This document shows positions 26,813 to 40,489 of a stretch of DNA of 64,000 nucleotides, in pieces. This DNA comes from Octopus bimaculoides (lineage: Eukaryota). Numbering within the stretch: position 1 is the first letter of the stretch; each line of letters begins with the position of its first letter. The notes under the pieces were generated by a model. The model was not told where the DNA came from. It searched no databases and saw only the letters and a list, made by a program, of their open reading frames with translations. The position numbers and the translations under genes are program-made. The stretch spans positions 84,453,147 through 84,517,146 of the forward strand of contig NC_068983.1 of NCBI RefSeq assembly GCF_001194135.2, read 5' to 3'.

Positions 26813-29059
26813 ATAATTTCCATCTACCAGATCCACTCACAAAGTTTTGTTCAGCCTGTGGCTATAGGAGACACTTGCCCAAGGTGCTGTGCAGTGGGAC
26901 TGAACCTGGAGCCACGTGGTTGGGAAGCAAGCTTCTTATCAGAGAGCCAATCCTGCACCTATGCATACACATATATATATGCTGGACTTTTGGTTTCTGT
27001 CTACCAAATCCACTCACAAAGTTTTGGTTGGCTTGGGACTATAGCAAAAAGTACTTGCCCACAATACTTACCATGCAGTGAAACTGATCCTGAAGCCACA
27101 TAATTAAGAAGTGAACTTATTAACAATGTGGCAACCATTCTTGTACCTATCGGTCATGTCTGTGCTTGTTGGTCTTGCCTGGGCTTGTTGCATATGCTTG
27201 GGATTGTTGGCTATGCTTGCACTTTGCACTGTATGTGTGTGTGTGTGTGTTTACTTTCTTCTACTGTACTTGTAGCTTAATGTCAGCTCTGATCAAGCAG
27301 ACCTATGAAAAAGAGCATTCTAGCTGTGATCATCCTGTTTTTGTTTTTCTTTCAGCCACAGTATATTGAGGATTATTTTATACAATGCACCTTTCCATTT
27401 TTTAATGCAATATGGTATGATTTAAAGTGGGTTTGGTTGCTGTTGCTGGCAGATTGAGCAACCACATAGACACTCTCTTGATTTGTTTGTGTTTTATGAG
27501 TTAGTCAGAAGATAGGCAGTCCCCATAATCTTTGCAGATGACATTCAAATAGAATGTTTGTAGGAAAAATATGGATTTCAGGAAACTCTAGTTGATTGCA
27601 GCTGTGAGGAAGAAGGACAGGACAAAATGTTTAGTGAAGGGCCCGCAAGGTGTGAGTGATGGAGGAGGGAAAAGAGACAAGTAATTCTAGATGGGGAAAC
27701 ACAGCTAACATGTTCAGAATTGTAGAGGCACTGCAATCACTGAGCCAGTGGTTGCAGTATGTTGATAAGTGAATCCTTGCCAATTAGCCAAATGACATTC
27801 TTTGATATCTGGTTTAGGATGTATGTGTATGTTTGTGTCCTTTTAAAAAAGGATTGAAGAAAGGGGTTGAGTTTAGTGAATTTAGTGAAATTGAATTTCA
27901 GAGCTAGCTTTAAAATATATTGTTTAAAGATGATGGATGATTTGGCATTAGGACTGGTTGGAACAATCAGAGGATTTTTTGTACATGGCAGCTGCAAATG
28001 TAGTGCTAATAGAGACATCTTGGTTGACAAGTAATGTGTATTCTGTCAACTTGGAGACACTCTTGGCAAATGATCAGAGATTATTGCTTCCATTTGATTG
28101 GCAAGGAAGCTTGAAGGCATTCTTTATTTTTTTGATGAGGCATTGTGGTAGTGAGTAATTAGCCTCCCTCACCCCGTCGTCATCATTGTTGTCATCGTTG
28201 TCATCATCATCATTTTGCACTCACTTTTTCTGATGGCAAGAATTGGATGGTTCATCATGTCCAAGTTAATCTTTATTCAGAGTTACTGGCTTCTGATGGT
28301 AAAAAAGGATGACTGATGTCAATGATGATTGACTTGTGGGAAAGGGAGTGATGGTTAGCTGCACAGAAAGGTTTGTATCAGCTATGAAGAGATCTGGTAC
28401 AATCCATTATTATACAGGCATCATGTTGTGAGAAAGAGATAGTGGTAGGGAAGAATGATCTAATGCCATCCCTTGCTATACAGGTGGTGTGGTATAGTGT
28501 CCTGGAGAGAGAGTAGGTGATAAGGAGATAAGAGGGTATTAAATAACAAGCAGATGAAGACTTAAGAGCATATTATGTGAGAGACTGAAATGTAAATATA
28601 TTTTAGATATATATGAAATGTAAATATATTATAGATCACAGCCTTCATCACTATCACCATTTTAACATTTGTTTCGCCATGCTTGCATGTGAGGGCAAGT
28701 CTCCTCCAGTACTATGAGTTGCAAGTCCTTGCAGTCATTTGTCATGTCCTTTGTATCTTTTACTTGTTTCAGTCATTTGACTGTGGCCATGCTGGGGCAC
28801 CACCTTGAGGGGTTTCAGTCAAACAGATCGACCCCCAGGCCTTTTTTTTAAAGCTTGGTACTTATTCTATCGGTCACTTTTGCTGAACTGCTAATTTATG
28901 GGGATGTAAACACACCAATACTGATTATCAAGTAGTGATGGAAGACAAACACAAGCACAAAGTAATACATTACACATTCTTTTATTTGTTTCAGTCATTT
29001 GGCTGTGGCCATACTGGAGCACCGCCTTTAGCCGAACAAACTGACCCCAATCCTGGGGT

Positions 29060-29330
29060 CGATTGTATACATGTAGGCATACTCCTAGCTGAGAAATGGG
29101 TCGATAAGGTCATAGAGGTAGTTAGAGTATGGGATAGAGTACTTAAGCTTAGGCTAGTCTTGCAGAATAGTATAGCTACAATTATATCTGCCTGCACCCT
29201 ACAAGTGGGCCTACCAAATGAACAGAAGGACCACTTTTATGATATTCTTCTGCAGGCTATCTCCAAGACGAGTGACAATGATCTCATCTTTGCGGTTGGG
29301 GATTTCAATGGGCATGTTGGACGGAGAGGG
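29060..29330 (+). pseudogene. LINE (RTE-like) AP-endonuclease fragment
   Basis: VGILLAEKW...DRVLKLRL...IISAC...GDFNGHVG motifs; isolated fragment between SINEs. Confidence 0.8.
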
Positions 29331-29451
29331 AACAAGGCTACTGGAGTTCTGTGCTGTGAATAAATGTAGAAGAATATATGTATATATTTGATTTTGAGTG
29401 TGGTTATTAATTATGTTCCTCTAGTTTCCGCTTGCATTGCCTCCATTCAGA

Positions 29452-29503
<52 letters not shown>

Positions 29504-29689
29504 CAGGCATCTTTCAGTTTCTGTTTACCTAATCCGCTCACAGACCTTTGGTTGGCATGGGGTTATAGTAGAAGACACTTGCCCAAGGTGTCATGCAATG
29601 GGACTCAACCCAGATGCATGTGGTTGGGAACCAAGCTTCTTACCACACAGCCATGCCTGCACCTATCTTAACATCTTGATATTAGCCTT

Positions 29690-31500
29690 CACAACTTCAT
29701 CCCATACTGTCTTAGGTGTCTGTCTTTCACAGGGTTCTATCCGCTTTGAGTATTCATAAGTTCTTTATATAGCTGACATACTCTATATGTATCACATGCC
29801 CACCCCAGTGCTGTCCTTTGTATAGTTTTCTCTCAGGTTATATATATTCTGTCATTCATATATACTAGTATTACAGGTTCAGTGAAGTTTGCTAACTTCA
29901 TTTTATTCTTGTCTTTCAAAATATTTTGCATTCAAGATTCATATTTCACTACCATGCAACATCATACTTGATATACAATTACAAACAATCTGCTTTTCAC
30001 AGAGATAGAATTCCTTTGTTGTCAGCAGAAGTAGCAGCTCCTTGAACTTTCAAGACCTTGTTTTTACTCTTCTACTCTCACTATTCTGAATATCTACCTC
30101 TACTGCTAATTAGATCATATCAGTAAGAAAAGCTAGCAACTACTTTTAGAGAGTCTCCAGAACAGTTGAAAGAATTTATTTCACATGTATTCTTACTACT
30201 GACTATGCCTGTGCTTCTGCCACATAAGAAACCTACTGTCAGCTGGAATTTCTACCCACTCCTTTTCTGCCTGTTAAATATATGGCCATTTCCCTTATGG
30301 CAGCAGAGTCCTGTCTTCTTTTCTACTTAAGTCTTTGATAAGTTTGCTTTTGAAGCTTCTTGATTCTAAGTGTCTAAGTCAAGAATTTCTTTCCTGAATA
30401 GTCTTAAGATACTACCATAAGAACCAGGTTATCATCATACAGGAGCATCCACAGGTAGCTAACCTTAAGTTCCTCAGTTATAGTCAGTAAGATTATGATA
30501 ATCAGGAGAGCCTGAGAGCTGAACCCTAATGGACCCTACCTGTATGGTAAATTCATCACTGAACTCTTTACTAACTTCTTTACTAACCATCTTGCTGGTG
30601 GTGCCTTTGTAAATGGCTTGTGTGACCCTCTTAAATCATTCATTTATTCTTAGCATACTTGGCAACCACTCGATTACAGAGCATGCTAGGCCTTCTCCAG
30701 ATCAACAAAAGCTAGGTACAAAGGCTTATGCCAAGTTAAGTACTTCTGCAGTTGTCTCACTAGGATGATGATAATGCTAATATCTCTTGCAGCAATCATC
30801 TAGGCCAATTCTCTTCCAAATCAATTGTGCAATAACTCTTTCCATAACTTTCATAACTTGGTCAACAATTTAGTACCTCTACAATTACCTATCTTAAGTG
30901 CTTCTTTGCTCTTATAGTAGTTAACAATCCTATTGCCCCAGTTATTAGACATGACACCTTCCTGTACTATTGGGCATTGTACTACTGATTGAGTATGTGA
31001 GTGACTAGCCCATACCAAATATTTAAAGCATCTCTTTTACTTTTCCTGACAGACCAGCTGCCTTCCTTGCTTTTATTTCTTTAATTGTTCTTATTATTAT
31101 ACTGCTTGTTATCTTGTTATCAAATTGAGTGGTTGGTCTCTTTGTTAGGTATATTTGGGAAAAAAATCCTTTTTCTCCTATCAATTTTTCTCATCCAATA
31201 ATTTCTTGTAATACTGATTTCATGCCCCTTACATTTTGGTGTTGTCAAAATCAAGTGCCATTATACTTCTTTATACACTTCCTCCTAATGATATCTCAGT
31301 TTTATCTTGTGCACTACCTTCCATCCTGGAATACTTCACACCTCTGATCTTCATGCTACAGAAAATTAATAAACTTCTTATTTTCAGCTTCTTGCATTAC
31401 TTGATAGTAAAAATCTTTCAGGTAGTAGTGGTAGGGGATTTCCTTTAGGTTTTTGTAAGCAGTGTTCTTAGTTCTTGTGTAAGTAAACCACTCAGAGATT
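29690..31500 (-). mobile_element. Heavily decayed RTE LINE reverse-transcriptase region
   Basis: The - strand near 30690-30760 reads LVRQLQ.KYL...KPLYLAFVDLEKA; multiple stops and frameshifts. Boundaries approximate. Confidence 0.65.
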
Positions 31501-32632
31501 CTGGGCTTTTGGTTGTGAGTAAAATGGGAATGGTCACTTGATTAGCTGTCTCAGATGATCGGTCAGGAGTACATTACATTTAAGCAGTCATCATAGAACT
31601 GATGGAATTCCAACCAGTTAACTGATCTGGAATGGCAGTGTTACATTGATTTGGCAGTGACTGGATGATCCAATGAATACATAAATAGTAAGTTATTGCT
31701 AGGTAAAGGTTTGTTTGGGACAGGAGGAACAGATCAAATATTTTGTGCATCAGTCAGGAATACAGCTATGTGAGGATACTACTTAATTGAATAGGCATTT
31801 GACGGTGGCAAACGTGTGTGCGTTTGTGTGAATAACTGCACATGTGTACAAGTAAGGATGTCATTGCTTGTGTGGACATGCATATTTTGATCTAGGTGTG
31901 TGTACATGTATCTTTTTATACTTACATATGCACTTATTACAAGCTAAAGTTTTGGAATATTTGACATATTTTAGCATATGGATCAGAAAGTCAGAGGAAG
32001 TTTCTCTTCTCATTAATATGGATGTCAAGGAATTATGAAATCTAAATATTATGTTTTACCATGCAGTTAGAATGTAGATAAATGATAATAATTTAAGCAG
32101 CAGAACTATTAACTTCATCCACAACTTATTTGTTGCACTTCACTACATGTAAAAGTTGTTCACTAAATTACTCAAATGCAGAACTTGAACATCATAACAT
32201 AAAGCTCCAACTTTTGTCTTGTAGGAATAAATTTTACTGAAATGGCAATGTAATTTATTATAAGTTGAACAAATTACTAAATTGCCACTGATATTTCAAG
32301 TCTAAAAGCTTACACATGTGAATAAGGGTGACTATTTTAAGCTGTGAATTAGTATTCTAGTGGAACAAGTGTTGGACAAAATAGCTGTATCAAGTTTAAA
32401 ATTGTTCTAGGATGATGTGATATTAGAGAAGAAACTACTAACAGAAATTCAAACAGATGTTTAACTAATTGCTATTCAAATATTTGTGTTTATTTCTAGA
32501 CTAACTATTACTGCTTGTTAGTGATTATTTTTTCAGACCAATTGGTATGGCTAGATGATGTTAATGCATTTTGTATTTAATTTAAAAACCTTAATGACAA
32601 ATAGTTTGAGAAAACCTATGAATGAATAAATA

Positions 32633-34719
32633 TTAGGTTGTTCTAAAAATAACGGCCGATTTCAAAAACATAATTATATTTTAGAAAAATTAACAATAGA
32701 AATGTTTTGATTAGTCAAAGTATGAGCCATGAACATCTCTGCATCTCTTCCATCAAGCAACAAGATTATTTATGCCTTGTCGATAAAAACTTATTGGCTT
32801 TGATGCTAAGAAATCCTTGTAAGCTGATTCTACCTCTGGTTTGAACCTGAAAGTTTTATCACTTAAAAACGTGTTTAAATGCTTTAAAAAATGGTAGTCA
32901 GTGGGTGAAAAATCAGGAAAATATGGAGGATGTTGTAAAGTCTTGTATTCCAAGTATGTGAGTTTCTGCAGCATCATTCTTGCAACATATGGCTTTGCAT
33001 TATCGTGGAGCAGAATTGGGCCACGGCGATTCACCAAAGCAGGTCTCATTTTTTGCAAGTGAGCATGCATTTCAGCGAGTTGATTGCAATAAACCTCTGC
33101 TGTAATGCTCTGATCGGCTTCCAGAAAGCTGTAATGGACAACACTAATTGCAGACCACCTGTGTGGGCGACACATGAAATCTTTCGAGCAGGATCGTTGC
33201 CAGTGCCCCTGGACTGGCTCATGTGCGGGCGACACATGAAATCTTTCGAGCAGGATCGTTGCTGGTGCCCTTGGATTGGCTCATATGTGGGCNNNNNNNN
33301 NNNNNNNNNNNNNNNNNNNNNNNNNNNNNNNNNNNNNNNNNNNNNNNNNNNNNNNNNNNNNNNNNNNNNNNNNNNNNNNNNNNNNNNNNNNNNNNNNNNN
33401 NNNNNNNNNNNNNNNNNNNNNNNNNNNNNNNNNNNNNNNNNNNNNNNNNNNNNNNNNNNNNNNNNNNNNNNNNNNNNNNNNNNNNNNNNNNNNNNNNNNN
33501 NNNNNNNNNNNNNNNNNNNNNNNNNNNNNNNNNNNNNNNNNNNNNNNNNNNNNNNNNNNNNNNNNNNNNNNNNNNNNNNNNNNNNNNNNNNNNNNNNNNN
33601 NNNNNNNNNNNNNNNNNNNNNNNNNNNNNNNNNNNNNNNNNNNNNNNNNNNNNNNNNNNNNNNNNNNNNNNNNNNNNNNNNNNNNNNNNNNNNNNNNNNN
33701 NNNNNNNNNNNNNNNNNNNNNNNNNGACACATGAGGTTTCTCGAGCGAGATGAGCGTGGCCGTTGCCAGTACCGCCTGACTGGCCTTCGTGCGGGTGACA
33801 CGTAAAAGCACCCACTACACTCTCTGAGTGGTTGGCGTTAGGAAAGGCATCCAGCTGTAGAAACTCTGCCAAATCAGATTGGAGCCTGGTGTAGCCATCT
33901 GGTTTCACCAGTCCTCAGTCAAATCGTCCAACCCATGCTAGCATGGAAAGCGGACGTTAAATGACGACGACGACAGTCACCATAATCTTTTGCTGATGCA
34001 ACTTTGGCTTTGGGAAATGTTTGGGGGACTCATCACGATCAAGCCATTGACCTGATTGTTTATGGTTGTCATAAAGAATCCACTTTTTGTCACAAGTGCA
34101 TTTTCGGCCAAGAAAAGTATCATTGGTGTTTTGCAGAAAGAGCATCGAGCACACATCAAACTTTTTGATTTTCATTGAGCTCATGCAGTACCCATTTATC
34201 AAGCTTTTTCACCTTGCCAATCTTCTGCTGATTGTTTGAGACCGTTGCAATATCAACACCAAGTGCCTGAGACATTTCTCTGACACTTTGACGTGGGTTT
34301 TGTTCAACAATTGCTTTCAATTGTTCATTGTCAAGACTTCATGACTGTCCTCTACTTTCTTCATGTTCAAGGCTCTCATCACCACTACGGAATTTCTGAA
34401 ACTACTTTCGTACTGTGTGATCACTTGTGGACCCCTCTCCCCATGCTCTGTTGATATTGGCAGCAGTTTGGGAGGCATTGTGCCCAAGCTTGAATTCATA
34501 CAAGAAAAGTAAGCGAAGGTACTTTTTTGTCATGTTCATAATTAAGGGCGCCTACGCTTCAAGAATGTTTTCTGTCTGAAATAAGTAGAAAATTATTAAA
34601 GAGTATACATCAATTATTAAGTATGTTGAAATTCACCTAAAATATAATTAAAATACTATGATAAAATTGCATTTCAAAACACAACACTTAGAGTGGCCAT
34701 TATTTTCGGAACAACCTAA
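32633..34719 (-). mobile_element. Full-length decayed mariner (D34D), interrupted by an RTE insertion
   Basis: TIRs ttaggttgttctaaaaataacggcc / ggccattattttcggaacaacctaa with TA on both sides; motifs TCDKKW, HDNA and PDFSPTDY with 34-residue spacing. Confidence 0.92.
33160..33973 (+). mobile_element. RTE 3' end nested in the mariner transposase
   Basis: Splits the KIMVTV / WSAIS motif; (GAC)n tail; internal tandem modules with an N gap at 33293-33726. Confidence 0.85.
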
Positions 34720-36004
34720 TAATTCCAGAGCAGTACAGTTTTGATGAGGAAGGATTAGGTTAAGTGTTGAGTACGAAATCTTTATGGGCTGAAGCAGAGA
34801 GCAATGTCAGGATGAAACTAGATTGCCATATCATGGATTTGGGTAGAGAAAACAGAGCAGAATCTACAGTAGCTAGAAGATAAGGATAATAGGACTTGAT
34901 GGCTGGTCAGTCTTTGTGGATTGAGATAGAATCCACTTATCAGGTATGACTACATTTAGATTTAGTCCAGTGTTTAGGAAAGGTATGGCATATAAGACCA
35001 AGATATAGCAATAGTACTTAATTTTTAGAGAAATTAAAAAAAACCCTATTGGGGTTTATTAAGTGCTTCAGGAATGATAAAATAAAGTATTTACAAATTT
35101 CTTATATCAGTGTAAGACAGCTGACAAAATCCTTTTAGTGTCAGACAAAATGCTTATGGTATTTGTTCCAGCTCTTTATAATCTGAGTTCAGATCTTGGT
35201 AGGGTCAACTTTTTAGAGTCAATAAAATAAACTACTGGTCAAGATATATTCAAGTAACATTCCTATACCCAAATTTGTAGCCTAGTGGTTATATTAGAAA
35301 TTATTATTTTGTTTATATTTTCTGTTATTGAAGACTGTAGATTGGCAGAATCATTAGTGTTGGTCATAATACCTTGCAGTATTTGTTTTGGCTCTTTATG
35401 TTTTGAGATCAACTTTGCCTTTTATCTTTCTGGTGATGTTTAAAAAAATACACCAGTCAAGTTTTGGAGTTGTTATATCAACTGTTCCCTTCCTCCAAAA
35501 TTTCTGGCCTTGCTTGAAGTTATCAATTAGCAAAATAATAATTATTTTGTTAACAGTATGTACAGGTATATTCATTAATTTTTATTATGGTACATTTTCT
35601 AGCTAATTGTAAAAATATATATAACTAGAAGTGAATGTTGTGGTTAACCTCAACTTTGTTAGGATCAAGTAGACCTAAGATCAAAAAAATTCTGGCTGGG
35701 ACACTTCTCATAGAGTATGATTTAAAGATTTTGCTGCTATTTTCAGCAGGTCTAGTGATCACTTAAAAATTCCCTCAATGGTTCAACATTCATCAACTAC
35801 AAAATGCTTCTATATTTTATGACTAAAAGTTAAGGTGGAACTGTTGAAGGAAATCAAATGGTATTGGTCTGTATCTTTCTCACCGACACTTTTGTGAATA
35901 TGTAGCTACTAATTGTTTGAAATGATATACACTATGTGAATTTTAGTTCTTTATTTCTATTTATATGAGAATGCTTTTCAAAAATGTGTTTCTTGTTTTC
36001 ACAG

Positions 36005-36188
36005 GTACATTTTGGGCATTTGGGAAATCAACTGGTTGCAATTATATGTTGGTTTTGACTGTAAAGGGTGCAGTGATCTGTGGCTGGTGTATATGTATTG
36101 TCATTAGTTTTGGCATTGTTCTTTTGTTTGACCCTATTGGATATGGCCATACTCGAAGATACCCTTCATCAAAAGTCTGGGAAGGAAG
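36005..36188 (+). CDS. DAGLB: DAGL exon 3 (GTFWAFG...LLFDPIG...KVWEGR)
   Basis: ttttcacag acceptor, 184 nt, AG|gtaagc donor; FDP-x-G motif after TM4. Confidence 0.93.
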
Positions 36189-36735
36189 GTAAGCTTATAA
36201 TTTATATAATTTTTATAACTCTTGTTTATGAAACCTTGTGTTCATTATTTAAAAAAAAAATCATTTATATGGCCATATTTTTAATATTTCTAGTTGAGAG
36301 ATCTTCATGTTTTTATTCTTAATCCCATATCTATCTATATAATGGAGAAGTTAAAATGACTTATAGAGATAAAGTTTTGAGCTACAAGTTCATATCTTTG
36401 AATTTAAATCTATTGTTAAAGTTTTGTTATATATGTAGGGTATTAAGTCTTGACTTAGTTGATATGACACCTTATCTGAAAATATTAACTGTAATAGACT
36501 GGTATCCAGGAGAATTTCGTTTATCTCACCTGCTTAATGCTTATTTTCCATGAAACAATTTTAGTTTGGGATAGAGAACTTTTTTTGTTTAAGTTAATGT
36601 TATTAATCCTCTGCCCATCAGTCAGTTGTTTTGCTTTATTTTTACAAACAAAATCAACTTGAATAAATAATTTACTTGATATTCTAAACTTAAATAAATC
36701 AGTCATTATAATGTATTTCTTTTACTTTGTTTTAG

Positions 36736-36826
36736 ATGCAATGTTATTTGCTGTTGTTTTCGAAACAATCCAGAGAGCAAACGAGCATTAAACGATGTTG
36801 CAAAATTGTTTGCTACAATATTTCAG
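36736..36826 (+). CDS. DAGLB: DAGL exon 4 (CNVICCCFRNNPESKRALNDVAKLFATIFQ)
   Basis: tgttttag acceptor, 91 nt, CAG|gtaaat donor; Cys cluster comparable to DAGL LLCCC. Confidence 0.92.
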
Positions 36827-38476
36827 GTAAATATTTCTATTTTAACAACAAAAAACAAATTAACAAAGCAAGTGTTTAATAATTTTTTGTTAGGAAGATT
36901 ATTGTTATGGGATTGTAGTATAACTGTGAATCCAGCATCATTTTTAGGTTATGTTTCCATTTCTTATTGCAATTTCTTTTTACTTAATTTATTTTCAAGC
37001 AGTTTTATTGGTTTTACTATTTATCTTTTTTTAAAGTTATTAGAGTAATAACGTGGAAGAAATGGTAATGTCAAACTAACTACTTTGTTTAGTTACATCT
37101 CTTTACATTGTGGATTCAAATCTCCAAGTAGTTGATCCTACTTTTCAACCTTTATGAGTCAATAAAATAAATACCAGTCAGGCACTGGAGTTGATTAAAT
37201 GAATTACACTCCTCTTCAAAATGTATGAATTTGTACCAAAGTTAGAAATCATCATCATTTCATCCTCTTCCCATGCTAGCATGGGTTGGATGGATTGTCA
37301 TGGTCTTTTTTTTTTATTAGATTGGTGCCCCAGCATGACTGAAGTCCAATAACTGAAACAAATAAAAGAATATGTGCCATTTGGTTTAGTTTCTAAGGCT
37401 GGATGGCCTTCCTATTGCCAACTACTTTACAGAGTGTATTGGGTAAGTTTTCTCTTGGCACCAGCATTAGAGGTTAAATAAAGGGACTTCAGAACACCAT
37501 ATATCTCTGCTCATTTACCAACCAAACCCTGGGCACATTTCTGTGGTAGCAGCAATAGAGAGATTGTATCACTCACCTGTCATTCTTGAGGGAGCATGAT
37601 TTGTCAGCTTTCCATTGTGGTACCAGTACATGAGGTGTGGTATCTTGCACATCAGACGATGTAGAGAGTATTCAGTGTACTAAGGTATGTAGACAAAGAA
37701 GAGAAAACAGTTGGGAACAGCAGTAGCGGGGTGGTAAGAAATGGTAGAGTACTGGATGACATGGATAGAATAATTTGTCTACACTTTCTTGTCTAACACA
37801 TGTACCAGAAATCATATTAGTTAAACAGTAAAATTCTTCATAGAAATAAGAAGGGAAAGTAGCAACCCACAAATCAATAGTTGGTTTTAGAGCTTTAGGT
37901 CTCTCCATGGATGTATAAAGAGTATTTATTTTACTTAAATGTTCTTTCAAATCTCTCAACATTCATTTATATTTAGTGAATGTCTTTTCTTAGTATCAGG
38001 AGATCTTGATTATTGTATAAAGAAGAAAAAAAAATAAAAGGAAAAAGCATATGTTGGATTGATAGAAGGTAAAAATAGTAGATGGAATAATTAGTTGATG
38101 AAGTAAAAAAATTAGGGATATAAATTATATACAAGAACTAAATATCACTATAGGGCCATATTTTGGATGGCATAAGTTATATCTATTATTCAAGTTAATT
38201 GATATGTAACAAAGCATTTAAATCACTATGAAAATGTTAAAATTTTCTATGATAGAGATTATACATTAAATATTGATTGCATTTCAAAAGCATGCCCATG
38301 TCAGAGATCATATAGATTAAAGTTATTTACTATTTCATTAACATCAAAATGCTTCAGAAGTAAAATGAAATCAAAATAGAAACAGCAAATGGATGAAATA
38401 CTCAATTGTTGTTCATATGCTATTATGTACTTTAGTTCATGTATATCATACATACATACATACATATATAATCAAG

Positions 38477-38873
38477 GTGGCTATTTGCAATTTAAAACTG
38501 AAAGGCAACAAATATAGTCATCATTAAAGTGACGAAGGGTGCTTGTAAGCACCAGCATTGCTAGAAATAAGAGTCGAAACAGCTCTTAGCCATGTGAAAG
38601 CACTTTTCTAATGACTGACAAGGGAAACAGGCTCCCTCCCTACAACAAACAAGATGGAGTCATATCAGTGCTGATTTCAGATTTAATTAATCTTCATCAG
38701 TGACCCATTACTCTGTTGTTGAGGGTTAAAGAACCTAACTCACCTTTTCAGCCTTATAGAGAACACCATAGGTAACATTGACTGATTTCGAAAATGGTGA
38801 GCTGAGAATTATAAATTATTAAAGTGGCTATTCGCAATTTACAACCGAAAGGCAACAAGTATAGTCGCCATTA
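38477..38873 (-). mobile_element. Retrozyme / Penelope-pLTR-like element: 347-bp monomer plus 50-bp direct repeat
   Basis: 38477-38526 and 38824-38873 match at 44/50 nt; hammerhead inside; TA-rich microsatellite flanks. Confidence 0.65.
38654..38708 (-). ncRNA. Type I hammerhead ribozyme
   Basis: - strand AUGG-GUCA CUGAUGA AGAUU-AAUUA-AAUCU GAA AUCA-GCAC-UGAU A UGAC-U-CCAU: invariant core intact, all three stems base-pair, AUA cleavage triplet. Confidence 0.85.
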
Positions 38874-39270
38874 TATATATGCTGCTATGAGAATATATAC
38901 TTAAAATTTTGTTCAATAACTTACTATAATAGGTGATAATGCGAAGATGCTCCAGTTGTGACCATCCAGTTAGTATATTACACATATATGGTTTAATATG
39001 CTAAAATTGTTTAAATAAAATTGAATATACAATTTATTTGATAAACATTTCCTTTTACTTTATTAAATTATTTAAAAATTATTTTAAATCATATATATAT
39101 ATATATTGCATATCTATAAAAAATTGTTTTGAAATAAAAATTGCTATATCCAAAATGTTTGATGCTGAGAACATAAAAATCCAAAGACCATTTAAAAAAA
39201 AATTCATAATCAAAACATTAGAGGAGTTTTAAAATATTCTGCTCATATCGGACCGTAACGTCTATTATCA

Positions 39271-39783
39271 CCTTTGGAAATGTGCTGTGCGTGAGAAGAC
39301 CCGGCAAGCCAAGTAAGATCGTTGCCAGTGCCCCTGGACTGGTTCTTGTGCGGGAGGCACATGAGATGCACCATTTTGAGCGTGGCCGTTGCCAGTACCG
39401 CCTGACTGGCTCCCGTAGGATTTTAGAGCGAGATCGTTGCCAGTGNNNNNNNNNNNNNNNNNNNNNNNNNNNNNNNNNNNNNNNNNNNNNNNNNNNNNNN
39501 NNNNNNNNNNNNNNNNNNNNNNNNNNNNNNNNNNNCGGGTGGCACATAAAAGACACCATTTCGAGCGTGGCCGTTTTCGTGCGGGTGACACGTAAAAGCA
39601 CCCACTACACTCTCTGAGTGGTTGGCGTTAGGAAGGGCATCCATCCAGCTGTAGAAACTCTGCCAAATTAGACTGGAGCCTGGTGTTGCCATCCGGTTTC
39701 ACCAGTCCTCAGTCAAATCGTCCAACCCATGCTAGCATGGAAACCGGACGTTAAACGATGATGATGATGATGATGATGATGAT
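39271..39783 (+). mobile_element. 5'-truncated RTE LINE 3' end
   Basis: LWKCAVREKTRQAK* ORF end, tandem modules with an N gap, long (GAT)n tail. Confidence 0.85.
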
Positions 39784-40489
39784 CACATAGCAAAATTAAG
39801 TATAGACTTATGTAAGTTCACCATCATTATGAAAATTAAATTAATTTTTTAGGAAATATAAAAATCATAGTTGTGTGACTTCTACAATAATGTCTTCATG
39901 GCAGGTGCACTTTTATGATCTACACTAGAAAAGTTCAAAGGTCACTTTCAAAGTTACATTTTGTTTTGTTTAGGATTTGTGAACTATTTCAGTGTATTTT
40001 ATATGATAATTTTTATAAATCTGACAAAACTATTTTTCCCATACATCATAATACATCATAATACAGCTTAGCTATCTCCACAAATTTGTCCAGACATTGT
40101 ATCTTATGAGTAGGGTCTATAAATCCTCACTTCCTACATGGTCATGTCTTTCTAAATTGAATACCATGGAAGGTGGGACATGCTGTTCTATAGATTTTGC
40201 TGTTATACAAAGAATATTTGTGTAAAAAGAATAGCATCATTCTAGAACAAAAGTTGTATGTTTTGGGAAATAAAAGACTTAAAATTTTTTTTACATATGC
40301 TTAGAAAATGGCAAGAAATGTGTTTTGGCTCAGAAAGTGGAAAGAAATTTCTCGCAGACAGATTTGTTCTTATTTAAGTGGTAATTTCTGGGAACATTAA
40401 TTTAATAACAAATTACTTCAGTGAGTCTAATAATATGTTTTACCATGTGTCTAAGAAGGCATTGAAGTTCTTTTTTGTATGTATTTCAG

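Noticed and set aside
28935-29363. Host-gene call ('craniofacial development protein 2-like') for this ORF
   Set aside because: It is a LINE AP-endonuclease fragment fused in frame to SINE sequence.
38527-38592. Second, + strand hammerhead in the retrozyme-like monomer (GUGACGA...GAAAC)
   Set aside because: C3 is replaced by G, and stems I and III cannot be closed around the core; at most a relic.
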